Source of the DNA: an uncultured Actinomycetes bacterium
Lineage (GTDB): Bacteria > Actinomycetota > Thermoleophilia > RBG-16-64-13
Assembly: GCA_963841735.1 (NCBI GenBank)
Contig: CAWJDT010000001.1
Coordinates: 672,001-736,000, forward strand
Direction: 5' to 3'
Length of the DNA stretch: 64,000 nucleotides
Of this stretch, positions 12,847-21,615 are shown in pieces. Every line of letters begins with the position of its first letter. Positions within the stretch are counted from its first letter, which is position 1. The notes under the pieces are model-generated. The model was not told the DNA's origin. It saw only the letters and a list, made by a program, of their open reading frames with translations, and did not search any database. The position numbers were made by a program, and so were the translations under genes.

Positions 12847-13950
12847 TCAGTCGTTGAGTCGGATGGGCATTACCAAGTAGAGGAAGTCGTCACCAGCGCC
12901 CTTGACCAGCCCAGGACGGAGCGGACTGATGAAGCGAAGGTATACGGGGGACTCCTTGACTGAGGCTACGCCGGCTTCCAAGAACTCAGGGTTGAAGCCG
13001 ATCTCGAGTTCCTCTCCTGAATACTGCACCGGCATAGTCTCGTGGGCTCGGCCTACGTCCTGTGACTCGGCGGAGACAGTGAGGCTGTTGGCGGCGAAAC
13101 GCATACGCAGGGGAGCATTCTTCTGTGCGAGAAGCCCAACGCGGCGAACCGCTTCCAACAACTCGTCGTGATCGACAGCAACCTCATAGTCGAACGTCTC
13201 CGGGATGAGTTGCTTGTAGTTGGGAAACTGTCCGTCTATAAGTCGTGACACGAGCGAGATACCGCCGACTTCAAAAAGGATCTGATTGTCGGTGGGGAGA
13301 ATCGCGATGTTGTCGTCATCTGTGCCGGCAGCAATGCGCGATAGTTCGAGGAGAGTCCGCGCCGGTGTGATCACCTGAGAATCAGCGGTAAGAGAGGAAT
13401 CAATAGGGGTTTCTTTTACGCTGAGGCGGTAGCTGTCGGTGGCCACCATGCGGATAGAGTTCTTGGCGAAGTGGATAAGAACCCCGGTAAGAACTGGTCT
13501 TGTTTCGTCCCTAGAAGCCGACGGAGCAACTCGGTCGACGGTTTCGACGAAGGCGACCTTGCCTACTGTAAATCTCTCACCCGAGAAAGACGGCAGTTGA
13601 GGAAAATCTACCGCCGGCAGAGAGTGTAGGTTAAACAGAGATTCCCCCGCTCGGATCTCTACATGTGTCTCCGCCGGTGCTTGTTCTATGACTACCTCAC
13701 CAACAGGCAGGCTCCGCGCGATATCTCCGGCAATACGGGCAGGCACGACGAGCGACCCGGATTGTTCCACGCGGCCAGCGAGCGGCGCTCGGATGGAGAT
13801 CTCCATGTCCGTAGCAGAGAGAACGATGCCTGCATCGGTCGCCTCAATGAGTACTCCCGCGAGTACTTGTATGGAACTCCGAGAGGAGACCGCCTTGCTG
13901 ACGATCCCTAGACATTCAACGAGCGCCTGCTTGGTGGTGACAAGTCTCAT
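12847..13950 (-). CDS. dnaN: DNA polymerase III beta clamp
   Basis: SATDMEI, DETRPVLTGV, VATDSYRL, GQFPNY and LVMPIR motifs; 367 aa. Confidence 0.97.
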   Translation of the reverse strand: MRLVTTKQALVECLGIVSKAVSSRSSIQVLAGVLIEATDAGIVLSATDMEISIRAPLAGRVEQSGSLVVPARIAGDIARSLPVGEVVIEQAPAETHVEIRAGESLFNLHSLPAVDFPQLPSFSGERFTVGKVAFVETVDRVAPSASRDETRPVLTGVLIHFAKNSIRMVATDSYRLSVKETPIDSSLTADSQVITPARTLLELSRIAAGTDDDNIAILPTDNQILFEVGGISLVSRLIDGQFPNYKQLIPETFDYEVAVDHDELLEAVRRVGLLAQKNAPLRMRFAANSLTVSAESQDVGRAHETMPVQYSGEELEIGFNPEFLEAGVASVKESPVYLRFISPLRPGLVKGAGDDFLYLVMPIRLND

Positions 13951-13989
13951 CGGGGCTCCTCAATCACGCGAGTCTTGACTGGATGGTGC

Positions 13990-14230
13990 TTACTTCTATT
14001 CTATTCTTCAATAGAAAATATAACCGGTGTAATAGGTGCTGTGGAAGATGTGTAGAACGCGGGAGGACCCTCGGGGCAAGCGGTTTGCGGTGTGTATGGG
14101 TGGTGGAGAGGCGTGTGGAGGATACGTGGTGTTGTTGAGCGCGGAAGAGGGGGGCGGGAGGGATTTGAAGAAAGGCGTGGGTATTCCACAGGCTATCCCG
14201 GGAGTGTTGACAGCAGGCTGTGGAAGAACT
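13990..14230. other. Replication origin (oriC unwinding region) between dnaA and dnaN
   Basis: DnaA-box-like 9-mers at 14040, 14049, 14114, 14182, 14205 and 14219. The minus strand reads TTCTACACA-TCTTCCACA-GCACC-TATTAC then an AT-rich tract. Gene orientation diverges nearby. Confidence 0.8.
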
Positions 14231-14231
14231 A

Positions 14232-15704
14232 TTACCGCGCACTTTTGACTTTCGTGGTTAGTCGCTGCACCCGGTTGTACATCTCTCGGTCTTCGCGCAT
14301 GAGTTTCGCGATCTTCTCAACGGCGTGAAGGACGGTGGTGTGGTCCCTCCCGCCGATTCGATCGCCGATCTTGGGAAGACTTGAGTCGGTCAATTCGCGA
14401 GCCAGATACATCACCAAGTGCCGGCTCTCTACAACGGGGCGTGAGCGCTTATCGCCGGTGATCTCTGTGATCGACACACCAGTGACCTCTGCGACTGTCG
14501 AGAGGATGAGGTCAATAGTCACCCGGGTAGATGGTGTCTCGGGAATGTCCTTCAGGACCTCGCGGGCTAGGTCTACATCAATGGGGCGCTTGGTAAACGA
14601 CGAGAACGCGACGACACGGATGAGGCACCCCTCCAACTCGCGAATGTTGGTTGGAACTCGCGAGGCGATCAACATGAGGACGTCGTCGTCGGCCAAAGTG
14701 ATGCCGTCGGCCCGCACCTTCTTGCGAAGGATAGCGACCCGCGTCTCGAGGTCGGGTGGCTGGATGTCGGTGATGAGTCCCCATTCAAAACGCGAGACGA
14801 GACGGTCTTCTAGGGTGGCAAGTCCCTTGGGATGACGGTCTGAGCTGATGACTATCTGTTTCTGCGCGTCGTATAAGGCGTTGAACGTGTGGAAAAATTC
14901 TTCCTGGGTCTGTTCCTTCTTCTGAAGGAACTGGATGTCGTCGATGAGAAGCACGTCGACCGTGCGATAGCGATTCTTGAACCCCTCGATGCTGTCGTCA
15001 CGCAAGGAGTTGATGAAGTCGTTCGTAAAGCTTTCGAGAGTCAGATAGCGGACCTTGAGTGTCGGGTGGTTTCGGAGAGCGTAGTTGCCGATGGCCTGCA
15101 GGAGGTGGGTCTTACCGAGTCCCACTCCTCCATAGATGAATAGCGGGTTGTACTGAGTGCCGGGCGTCTCTGCCGCCGCGAGGGCGGCAGCGTGGGCAAA
15201 GCGGTTCGACGGTCCTATTACAAAGGTATCAAACGTGTACTTGCCCAACAGGCCAGCTACCGAGGAGAGACCTTCTGCGGTGACGGGAGGATTGGCGATG
15301 GGAGCGACCCGTGCGGTACTGCCGGGGCGACCTGAGGTAGGAGGACCTGGGCGGTCCGAGTAGGCGACTCCCCTCGCTGACGTGTCGGCTGTGTATGCAC
15401 GATCGGCGGCGGCGGCGAGAGCGGAAGGATCGGGGGCGGCATGGGTCAGCGTGGGCGAAACGACGATCTCCAAGCGCAGTGATTCGCCGGAGGCCTGGGC
15501 GAGCGAGTCAGTGATCAGGGCTCGGAAACGCGAGTCTATCCAGTCCTTGGAGAAATCAGAGGCTACCCCGACGGAGTAGGTGTCGTTGGTCACCCCTAGG
15601 CCGACGGTGGGCTCGAACCATATGCGGAAGGTGCCCTCGTTCACCTGCTCAGAGATGAGTCGGAGGGCCTCCTCCCAAATCGGATCGCTGCCCTTTGTCT
15701 CCAC
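14232..15704 (-). CDS. dnaA: Chromosomal replication initiator DnaA
   Basis: YTFDTFVIGPSN, YNPLFIYGGVGLGKTHL, LLIDDIQF and GGRDHTTV motifs. Confidence 0.98.
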   Translation of the reverse strand: METKGSDPIWEEALRLISEQVNEGTFRIWFEPTVGLGVTNDTYSVGVASDFSKDWIDSRFRALITDSLAQASGESLRLEIVVSPTLTHAAPDPSALAAAADRAYTADTSARGVAYSDRPGPPTSGRPGSTARVAPIANPPVTAEGLSSVAGLLGKYTFDTFVIGPSNRFAHAAALAAAETPGTQYNPLFIYGGVGLGKTHLLQAIGNYALRNHPTLKVRYLTLESFTNDFINSLRDDSIEGFKNRYRTVDVLLIDDIQFLQKKEQTQEEFFHTFNALYDAQKQIVISSDRHPKGLATLEDRLVSRFEWGLITDIQPPDLETRVAILRKKVRADGITLADDDVLMLIASRVPTNIRELEGCLIRVVAFSSFTKRPIDVDLAREVLKDIPETPSTRVTIDLILSTVAEVTGVSITEITGDKRSRPVVESRHLVMYLARELTDSSLPKIGDRIGGRDHTTVLHAVEKIAKLMREDREMYNRVQRLTTKVKSAR

Positions 15705-15782
15705 CTATTCCCCTCCCAGATTGATCTGGACCATAGCGCCCCCAAAGAAGGCCCTACGACCCACTACAGCGGACCGTCTATC

Positions 15783-16619
15783 TTAAAGCACGCTATTCAG
15801 ATACGTCAGCCCAGCTTCAGTGACCGAGCGATGCCCCGTCTGCTCGGAGGCGACAAAGCCGACAGTCTCGAGAAATACGAGGTCTCGATATGCGGTCGAA
15901 GTGGACACGCGCAATTCCTGGGCGACACGAGTCGGACCGACCGGGGCAAGTTCGACCGTCAGAAGCAGCGTCTTAAGTTGGCGCTCAGAGAGATTATATG
16001 CCGGGACCGGGGTGGGCGCGAGAGGGATGTTCGTTAGAGGCGCGACTCGGGCGGTGATTACGGTACCACGTCCGAGGTTGTCTTCGATCTCAAGAAGACC
16101 GCTCAAGGTGGTCAGAGTCTCTTTAACCATAGAGAAACCGGACCCCACCCCTCGGATGAACTGCTTGGCGTCGGCGTCGGCAGACGTGAAGCCTGGCCGG
16201 AGGGCCGCCTCCTTATTGGGTATGCCCGGTCCTCTGTCGCTTACTCGGACGGTGTTGCCCCCATCGAGGATGGTGATGACGGCTCCTTTGAAGGAAGCGT
16301 GCACCAGGTTGTCGATCAGTTCGCGAAAGACACTAAGAGGTATGCGCCCTCCTTGTTCGCGGGCCAGGGAATGGGCGCGAGTCGAGAGGGCATCGACCAG
16401 TTGAGGTATGTGTCCGTCGTCGAGGGGGTGGTCGGTAACCAAAACCACGACAGGAGGGGAATGGGGGTCAGCGTAGAGGGCGATGCGTGGAGGATCTTCG
16501 GCCCATGAGGATGTGCCGGCAGCCTGAAGGCGCGTGTCAGCGGGATCCGCGGGGGTAGGCGGACTGTCGGACGGTGGCGCCCCCAATGGGTCGCTAGGGG
16601 AAGATCTGTGACTGGTCAT
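15783..16619 (-). CDS. HATPase_c (GHKL) domain protein with C-terminal winged HTH
   Basis: N box ELIDNLVHA, G1 DRGPGI, G2 GVGSG and GRGT; C-terminal GPTRVAQELRVSTSTAYRDL. Start uncertain (16619 ATG versus 16730). Confidence 0.8.
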   Translation of the reverse strand: MTSHRSSPSDPLGAPPSDSPPTPADPADTRLQAAGTSSWAEDPPRIALYADPHSPPVVVLVTDHPLDDGHIPQLVDALSTRAHSLAREQGGRIPLSVFRELIDNLVHASFKGAVITILDGGNTVRVSDRGPGIPNKEAALRPGFTSADADAKQFIRGVGSGFSMVKETLTTLSGLLEIEDNLGRGTVITARVAPLTNIPLAPTPVPAYNLSERQLKTLLLTVELAPVGPTRVAQELRVSTSTAYRDLVFLETVGFVASEQTGHRSVTEAGLTYLNSVL

Positions 16620-16708
16620 CGGATGGCGGGCGGCCTCGATCTTGTACGGGTACGGGCTGATCATCGCGTGCCGAAAGCTCGTCGCCATTGTAGCGACGTG
16701 GAGGGGGT

Positions 16709-17284
16709 TTTTCCACAACCCTGTCGGCACTCGAACCCCGGAAAGAGCGGTTCTTCCGTCGCATTTACACGGTGCGAGGCAGTCGGTGCCTTGGGCAAAG
16801 ACCGTCGCTTTGCAGGCACGAAACCCAGGTTATCAACAGCACCGTCCACAGCTGTTGAAAACGTGCAGAACGGTGGAATGTGACGGCCGCATAGACCAAG
16901 TTTTCTGTTGAAAATGGGGAAAATGGTTTCGAGCGGGGTGACTTTGGGGTTTCGACTGAACCTCGAGATATCGGAGGAAGGGGACACTCGGCCCTCATCA
17001 CCTGGTGGCCTGCTTTCCTGGCTGTCCGCATTACTGTCAAGCGGGAGGCCGCTGCAGATGGTGGAGTAATGGCAGCCACGCGATGACCCAAAGTATGAGA
17101 GGCAAGTTTCTCGACAAGTGTTAGGGTAATCTGCTCACACGCGAGGATGTACGGAGGCGATGCAAGACGCGGCGACTGCCGATCGGTGCGCTGTGAGCGG
17201 CCAAATGTGGAGGTTGGTCCACAGACGTCTCCCGAGACTCGTCCGTTATGTAGCTCAGCAGGCCGGGTTTCCACAGTATCCACA
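16709..17284. promoter_or_regulatory. Second DnaA-box cluster
   Basis: TTTTCCACA 16709, TTATCAACA 16830, CCGTCCACA 16842, TGTTGAAAA 16853 and 16906, TGGTCCACA 17215, and tandem GTTTCCACA-GTATCCACA 17267-17284. Confidence 0.7.
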
Positions 17285-17489
17285 GGAGCCTGTGTACGCT
17301 TACAGCGGGTCGGATACCCGCTTACGGAGCGGATTGACGGGCAGGGAGCAGGCTTGTATACTTCGCTGCTCTTTGTGCGCCGTTGTCGCGGGCGCATCTG
17401 CTTGGTTGAGTTGTATGATCTTGCGCGTGTCTGGTGGTACGGCGACGAGTACCTGAGGGCCGCGATGGTAGTGCGATAAGCGAGGGAAC

Positions 17490-17624
17490 GTGAAGAGGAC
17501 TTATCAGCCGAACAAACGCAAGCGCAAAAAGACGCATGGCTTCAGGGAGCGCATGAGTACACGGGCCGGGCGGGCTGTGTTGAAGCGTCGGCGCGACAAG
17601 GGCCGCAAGCGTATATCGGCGTAG
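17490..17624 (+). CDS. rpmH: 50S ribosomal protein L34
   Basis: Manual translation [44 protein letters not shown] (44 aa, below the ORF-track cutoff). Confidence 0.97.
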   Translation: MKRTYQPNKRKRKKTHGFRERMSTRAGRAVLKRRRDKGRKRISA

Positions 17625-17629
17625 CTAGA

Positions 17630-18028
17630 GTGAATCGGTCCCAAGGCCGGCTTGCGCGCTCAGAGGATTTTTTGCGCGCCTATCGGGGCGGGCGTTCGGT
17701 TGCGAACAAGTATCTGGTTCTATATTACTTTGAGCGCTCGGGGACCGGAGCGGTAGGGGCCGTAGAGGGCACGCGAGTTGGCTATTCTGTGTCCAAGCGG
17801 CTTGGAACGTCTGTCAATCGAAACAGGGTGAAGCGTGCCCTGCGAGAAGCCTTCCGGGTCAACCGCCAATCTGTCGGGGGCAATTTGGACCTGGTGTTCG
17901 TGGCTCGGGTGCCTGTGGTGGAACTGTTGGAGAATGATGGGCAAAGGGCGGTAGAGGGAAAGATGATGGAGGTCCTCCAGAAGGCGTCTTTGCTGAAGAG
18001 CGGGGACGAAAGGCGGCCTCGCTCGTGA
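17630..18028 (+). CDS. rnpA: Ribonuclease P protein component
   Basis: RVGYSVSKRLGTSVNRNRVKRALRE; synteny. Confidence 0.95.
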   Translation: MNRSQGRLARSEDFLRAYRGGRSVANKYLVLYYFERSGTGAVGAVEGTRVGYSVSKRLGTSVNRNRVKRALREAFRVNRQSVGGNLDLVFVARVPVVELLENDGQRAVEGKMMEVLQKASLLKSGDERRPRS

Positions 18029-18318
18029 AGGCCCTCAGGAACCCGGCAAGAACGGTGGCAATCTGTGTGGTGCGAGCCTATCAGAGGGTGATTTCGCCGG
18101 CGCTCCCTCGGTCCTGCAAGTACTATCCGTCTTGTTCTCAATACGCGATCGACGCTGTGGGCAAATACGGAGTGGCGCGGGGAGTGGTTCTGGCAGCTTG
18201 GCGCATACTCCGGTGCAATCCGTTCAGTTACGGCGGTTACGATCCGGTGGAGCGTCAGAGGCTCTTCGAGCCGAGGGGCGGGGCGACGACCGCGGCTCGC
18301 AGTATGGGAAGAGTGTAG
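18025..18318 (+). CDS. yidD: Membrane protein insertion efficiency factor
   Basis: YQRVISP, CKYYPSCSQY, RILRCNPF and GGYDPV. Confidence 0.95.
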   Translation: MKALRNPARTVAICVVRAYQRVISPALPRSCKYYPSCSQYAIDAVGKYGVARGVVLAAWRILRCNPFSYGGYDPVERQRLFEPRGGATTAARSMGRV

Positions 18319-18327
18319 GCGGGCGCT

Positions 18328-19236
18328 ATGCAGAGCATCTTCTCTCCCCTTAGCGACTTTTTCTTTGCGATTCTCCGCTTTCTGCACGAGAACATCGGCG
18401 TCAGTTGGGCTTGGGCAATCGTCTTGCTGACGGTTGTAATCCGGATTGTGCTCATTCCGCTGACGTGGCGGCAGATCAAGAGCATGAGGGCCATGCAGGC
18501 CCTGCAGCCGCAACTGAAGGGTCTGCAAGAGAAGTACCGGAATGATAAGCAGGTCCTCAACCAGAAGACCATGGAGTTCTATCGCGAGAACAAGGTAAGC
18601 CCCTTCGGATCTTGTTTGCCGCTCGTCCTACAGATGCCGGTTTTCATCGGTCTGTTCTATATGTTGCGCTACCAGGGGCAGGTCAATGGGTACGTGGATG
18701 CCGGGGCGTTTTCCTCGGTCTGGCACTCGCATCCGGTTTCATGGCTCTGGGTCCGCGACATAACGACGTTCGACATCACTCTGATGTTCTTATACATAGG
18801 CAGTCAGTTCGCTTCCTCGTGGCAGATGTCGAGGAAGGGCGCGGGGCAGCAGAAGATTATTGCCTACATCATGCCGGTGTTCATTGGCATCTTCATGTTC
18901 ATCTACAAGTGGCCCGCGGGTCTCTTCATCTACTGGGTTACTTCGAACCTGTGGACCATCGCGCAGCAGTTCGCGGCTGAGAAGATCATGCCGGTGCACG
19001 TACCGGTGGTGGCTCCTGCTGAGAAAGGCAAGAGCACCCCGGCACGCGCTACCGGAAAGACCCCGGCACGCGTGTCCGGGAAGACTTCGGCGGGTACTTC
19101 CGGGAAAACCCCGGCTCGACCCGCAGGGAAGTCTCCCGCGCGGCCGGCTGGCAAGAGCGGAGGGAAGACCAGTGGCGGACAAGCGGGACAGAAGGGCAAA
19201 GCAACAGGTAGCAAAGGCGAGCGGCCGAACGATTGA
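18328..19236 (+). CDS. yidC: Membrane insertase YidC
   Basis: WAIVLLTVVIRIVL, SCLPLVLQMPVF and PAGLFIYWVTSN. Confidence 0.95.
   Translation: MQSIFSPLSDFFFAILRFLHENIGVSWAWAIVLLTVVIRIVLIPLTWRQIKSMRAMQALQPQLKGLQEKYRNDKQVLNQKTMEFYRENKVSPFGSCLPLVLQMPVFIGLFYMLRYQGQVNGYVDAGAFSSVWHSHPVSWLWVRDITTFDITLMFLYIGSQFASSWQMSRKGAGQQKIIAYIMPVFIGIFMFIYKWPAGLFIYWVTSNLWTIAQQFAAEKIMPVHVPVVAPAEKGKSTPARATGKTPARVSGKTSAGTSGKTPARPAGKSPARPAGKSGGKTSGGQAGQKGKATGSKGERPND
19024..19180 (+). repeat. Imperfect 24-nt tandem repeat encoding the basic YidC tail
   Basis: GKTPARVS-GKTSAGTS-GKTPARPA-GKSPARPA-GKSG units. Confidence 0.75.
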
Positions 19237-19993
19237 GCTGGCCGTGCAAAGGGCGCTCGCGGAGTTGGATTTCGCTCCCGGTGAACTGGCGGACGATCAG
19301 TACGAGGTCATCATCGTCATCCCGCCCGAAGAGGGTTTCATGGGAGTTGGGGCCGTTGATGCTGTGGTCGAGGTCGCGCTCGTGGGCGAGGAATTCGATT
19401 TCTACGGTCCAGAGGATGACAGTCAGCCCTCCGAGTTGTTGAGAGATCCGTCGGATGATGATCCCTACGGGGAGGATGAACTCGAGGACGACGCGCAGGA
19501 ACGGGGCTATCTAGTCGATGAAGAAGACCAGGGGCTGAGTGACCAGCCTGAGGCCGCGCGTCTTCGCTCTTTCTTAGTGCGGGTGCTGCGGGATATGGGA
19601 TTGACAGCTCAGGTGCGGATCACGGATGGTCCGGAGGAGCTCGCGGCTGAAATCACCGGGGATGATCTGGGCATTCTCATAGGCAGGCGCGGTCAGACTA
19701 TCGATGCTCTTGAGTATTTGGCAGGCATAGCCGTGTTTCCTAGCGGTCAGCCTCGCAAGCACGTGGAGCTTGATGCGGAGGGCTACAAGGAGCGGCGTAG
19801 GCGGCAGGTTGAGCGAGTGGCTCTGCGGAAGGCCGAGGAAGCGGCCAAGCGGGGCCGGCCAGTCCAGCTCACCCCCATGACTCCGGCCGAGCGCAAGATC
19901 GTTCACTTGGCTCTTCGTGACCGCACCGACGTTGTGACTGCAAGTCAGGGGCGGGAGCCAAATCGGCTGGTGGTCATTTCGCCGGTTGGGTAG
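19172..19993 (+). CDS. jag: RNA-binding protein Jag/EloR (KhpB)
   Basis: GRTIELAVQRAL Jag_N, KH motif LIGRRGQTIDAL and R3H motif ERKIVH; GTG start with a purine-rich RBS. Confidence 0.9.
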   Translation: MADKRDRRAKQQVAKASGRTIELAVQRALAELDFAPGELADDQYEVIIVIPPEEGFMGVGAVDAVVEVALVGEEFDFYGPEDDSQPSELLRDPSDDDPYGEDELEDDAQERGYLVDEEDQGLSDQPEAARLRSFLVRVLRDMGLTAQVRITDGPEELAAEITGDDLGILIGRRGQTIDALEYLAGIAVFPSGQPRKHVELDAEGYKERRRRQVERVALRKAEEAAKRGRPVQLTPMTPAERKIVHLALRDRTDVVTASQGREPNRLVVISPVG

Positions 19994-20072
19994 GACCAAC
20001 GGGCGGGCGTTGGGTGGAACTATCGGCCTGACTGCAGCGACCCGCAAAAGACATTCACAGTAGCGTGTCAGC

Positions 20073-21599
20073 ATGGTCGACGCAGCGGATAGTTTGAGCG
20101 ACGGTTCGCCTCAGGGGGCGGGAGGCGAGCGGTCGCACCTTCTTGGCAGTGGACCTAAAGCCGACTCGTGGGCGGTTGACACCATTGTGGCGGTGTCGAC
20201 GGCGCAGGGCACCGGGGCGATCGGTATTGTCAGATTGAGCGGTCCTGAGGCGTTGGATATCGCAGAAGCCGTCTTTCGGTCGGTGGCGGGGAGGCCTCTG
20301 GATCCTGAGGAATCGTACACCCTGCACTACGGGCACGTTGTCGATCCCGGTTCCGCCGAGGTGGTCGACGAGGCACTGCTCGCGGTCATGCGGAAGCCAC
20401 GATCATATACACGCGAGGACGTTGCCGAGATTCATTGTCACGGAGGTCCTGCTGCGCAGCGCGCGGTGTTGCGCCTTCTAGTCAGGTTAGGGGCACGGCC
20501 GGCCGAGCCGGGAGAGTTCACCCGGAGGGCGTTCCTGAACGGCCGGATCGATCTGGCCCAGGCCGAGAGCGTCGCGGCGATTGTGGCGGCGCGAAGCACG
20601 GGAGCCTTGCGTGTATCGCTCCGCCAATTGGACGGGGGTCTGTCGGAGCGACTCAAAGCTGCACGCGGGGAGTTGGTGAGTCTTCTGGCGTCGGTCGAAG
20701 CGACGGTGGACTTCTCCGATGAGGACGTGGATGAACTGGACTGGGTAAGGCTGGAGGAGGGTCTGAGTGTCGTTCACGGAGGTCTTGTGCGCCTGCTGGA
20801 GACAGCGTTCGTGGGGCGAGCGTTGCAGGAGGGAGTGCACACGGCCATCGTAGGGAAGCCGAATGCGGGCAAGAGTTCCTTGCTCAACGCGCTTCTGATG
20901 AGAGAGAGGGCCATTGTGTCGGAGATGCCGGGAACCACAAGGGACACAGTGGAAGAACTGATGGAGATCGGTGGAATTCCCATGCATCTCGTTGATACGG
21001 CGGGGATCCGAGCGGGCGGGGACCATGTGGAGCGTCTCGGAGTGGAGCGGTCGGTCAAGGCGATGGAGCAGGCGGATCTAGTGTTGGCCGTGTTCGATCT
21101 TTCGGATTCGCGGGACGAGGCCGAGCGGGAGTTAGTGAGCGGGATTGATGCTGGGCGGTTGGTGATCGTCGGAAACAAGCGCGATCTTGTGAAGGACGAA
21201 CCGGAAGCGTTGGCTCGATTGTGGAGACACTTGGAGATCGCTCCTGTTACATCAGGGCCCTCCGGCGAAGTCCCTCCGCGGCCCCGGGTGTGCTCGGTTT
21301 CGGCTTTGACCGGGGAGGGGGTGGACGGCTTGAGGGCGACAATCGCCGACATCATCACCGGCGTAGGGGGTCTTCACCTCGAAGAACCGATTCTTGCGGG
21401 AGAGCGGCAGCGTATTCTGGTCGACGAGGCTGTTGGGAGTACATATGCGGCTATGAACAGGGCGGCTAGGGGCGAAGGTGAGGAGCTGGTGTGCGAGGAC
21501 ATTCGCATGGCGGCGGAGGCGTTGGGCAGAATAACGGGCGAGGATCTGACTCCGGACTTGCTGGATGAGGTCTTCAGCCGGTTTTGCTTGGGGAAGTAG
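20073..21599 (+). CDS. mnmE: tRNA modification GTPase MnmE
   Basis: GKPNAGKSSL, GTTRD, DTAG, NKRD and terminal FCLGK. Confidence 0.97.
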   Translation: MVDAADSLSDGSPQGAGGERSHLLGSGPKADSWAVDTIVAVSTAQGTGAIGIVRLSGPEALDIAEAVFRSVAGRPLDPEESYTLHYGHVVDPGSAEVVDEALLAVMRKPRSYTREDVAEIHCHGGPAAQRAVLRLLVRLGARPAEPGEFTRRAFLNGRIDLAQAESVAAIVAARSTGALRVSLRQLDGGLSERLKAARGELVSLLASVEATVDFSDEDVDELDWVRLEEGLSVVHGGLVRLLETAFVGRALQEGVHTAIVGKPNAGKSSLLNALLMRERAIVSEMPGTTRDTVEELMEIGGIPMHLVDTAGIRAGGDHVERLGVERSVKAMEQADLVLAVFDLSDSRDEAERELVSGIDAGRLVIVGNKRDLVKDEPEALARLWRHLEIAPVTSGPSGEVPPRPRVCSVSALTGEGVDGLRATIADIITGVGGLHLEEPILAGERQRILVDEAVGSTYAAMNRAARGEGEELVCEDIRMAAEALGRITGEDLTPDLLDEVFSRFCLGK

Positions 21600-21615
21600 A
21601 AGGCTGGGAACCCGC

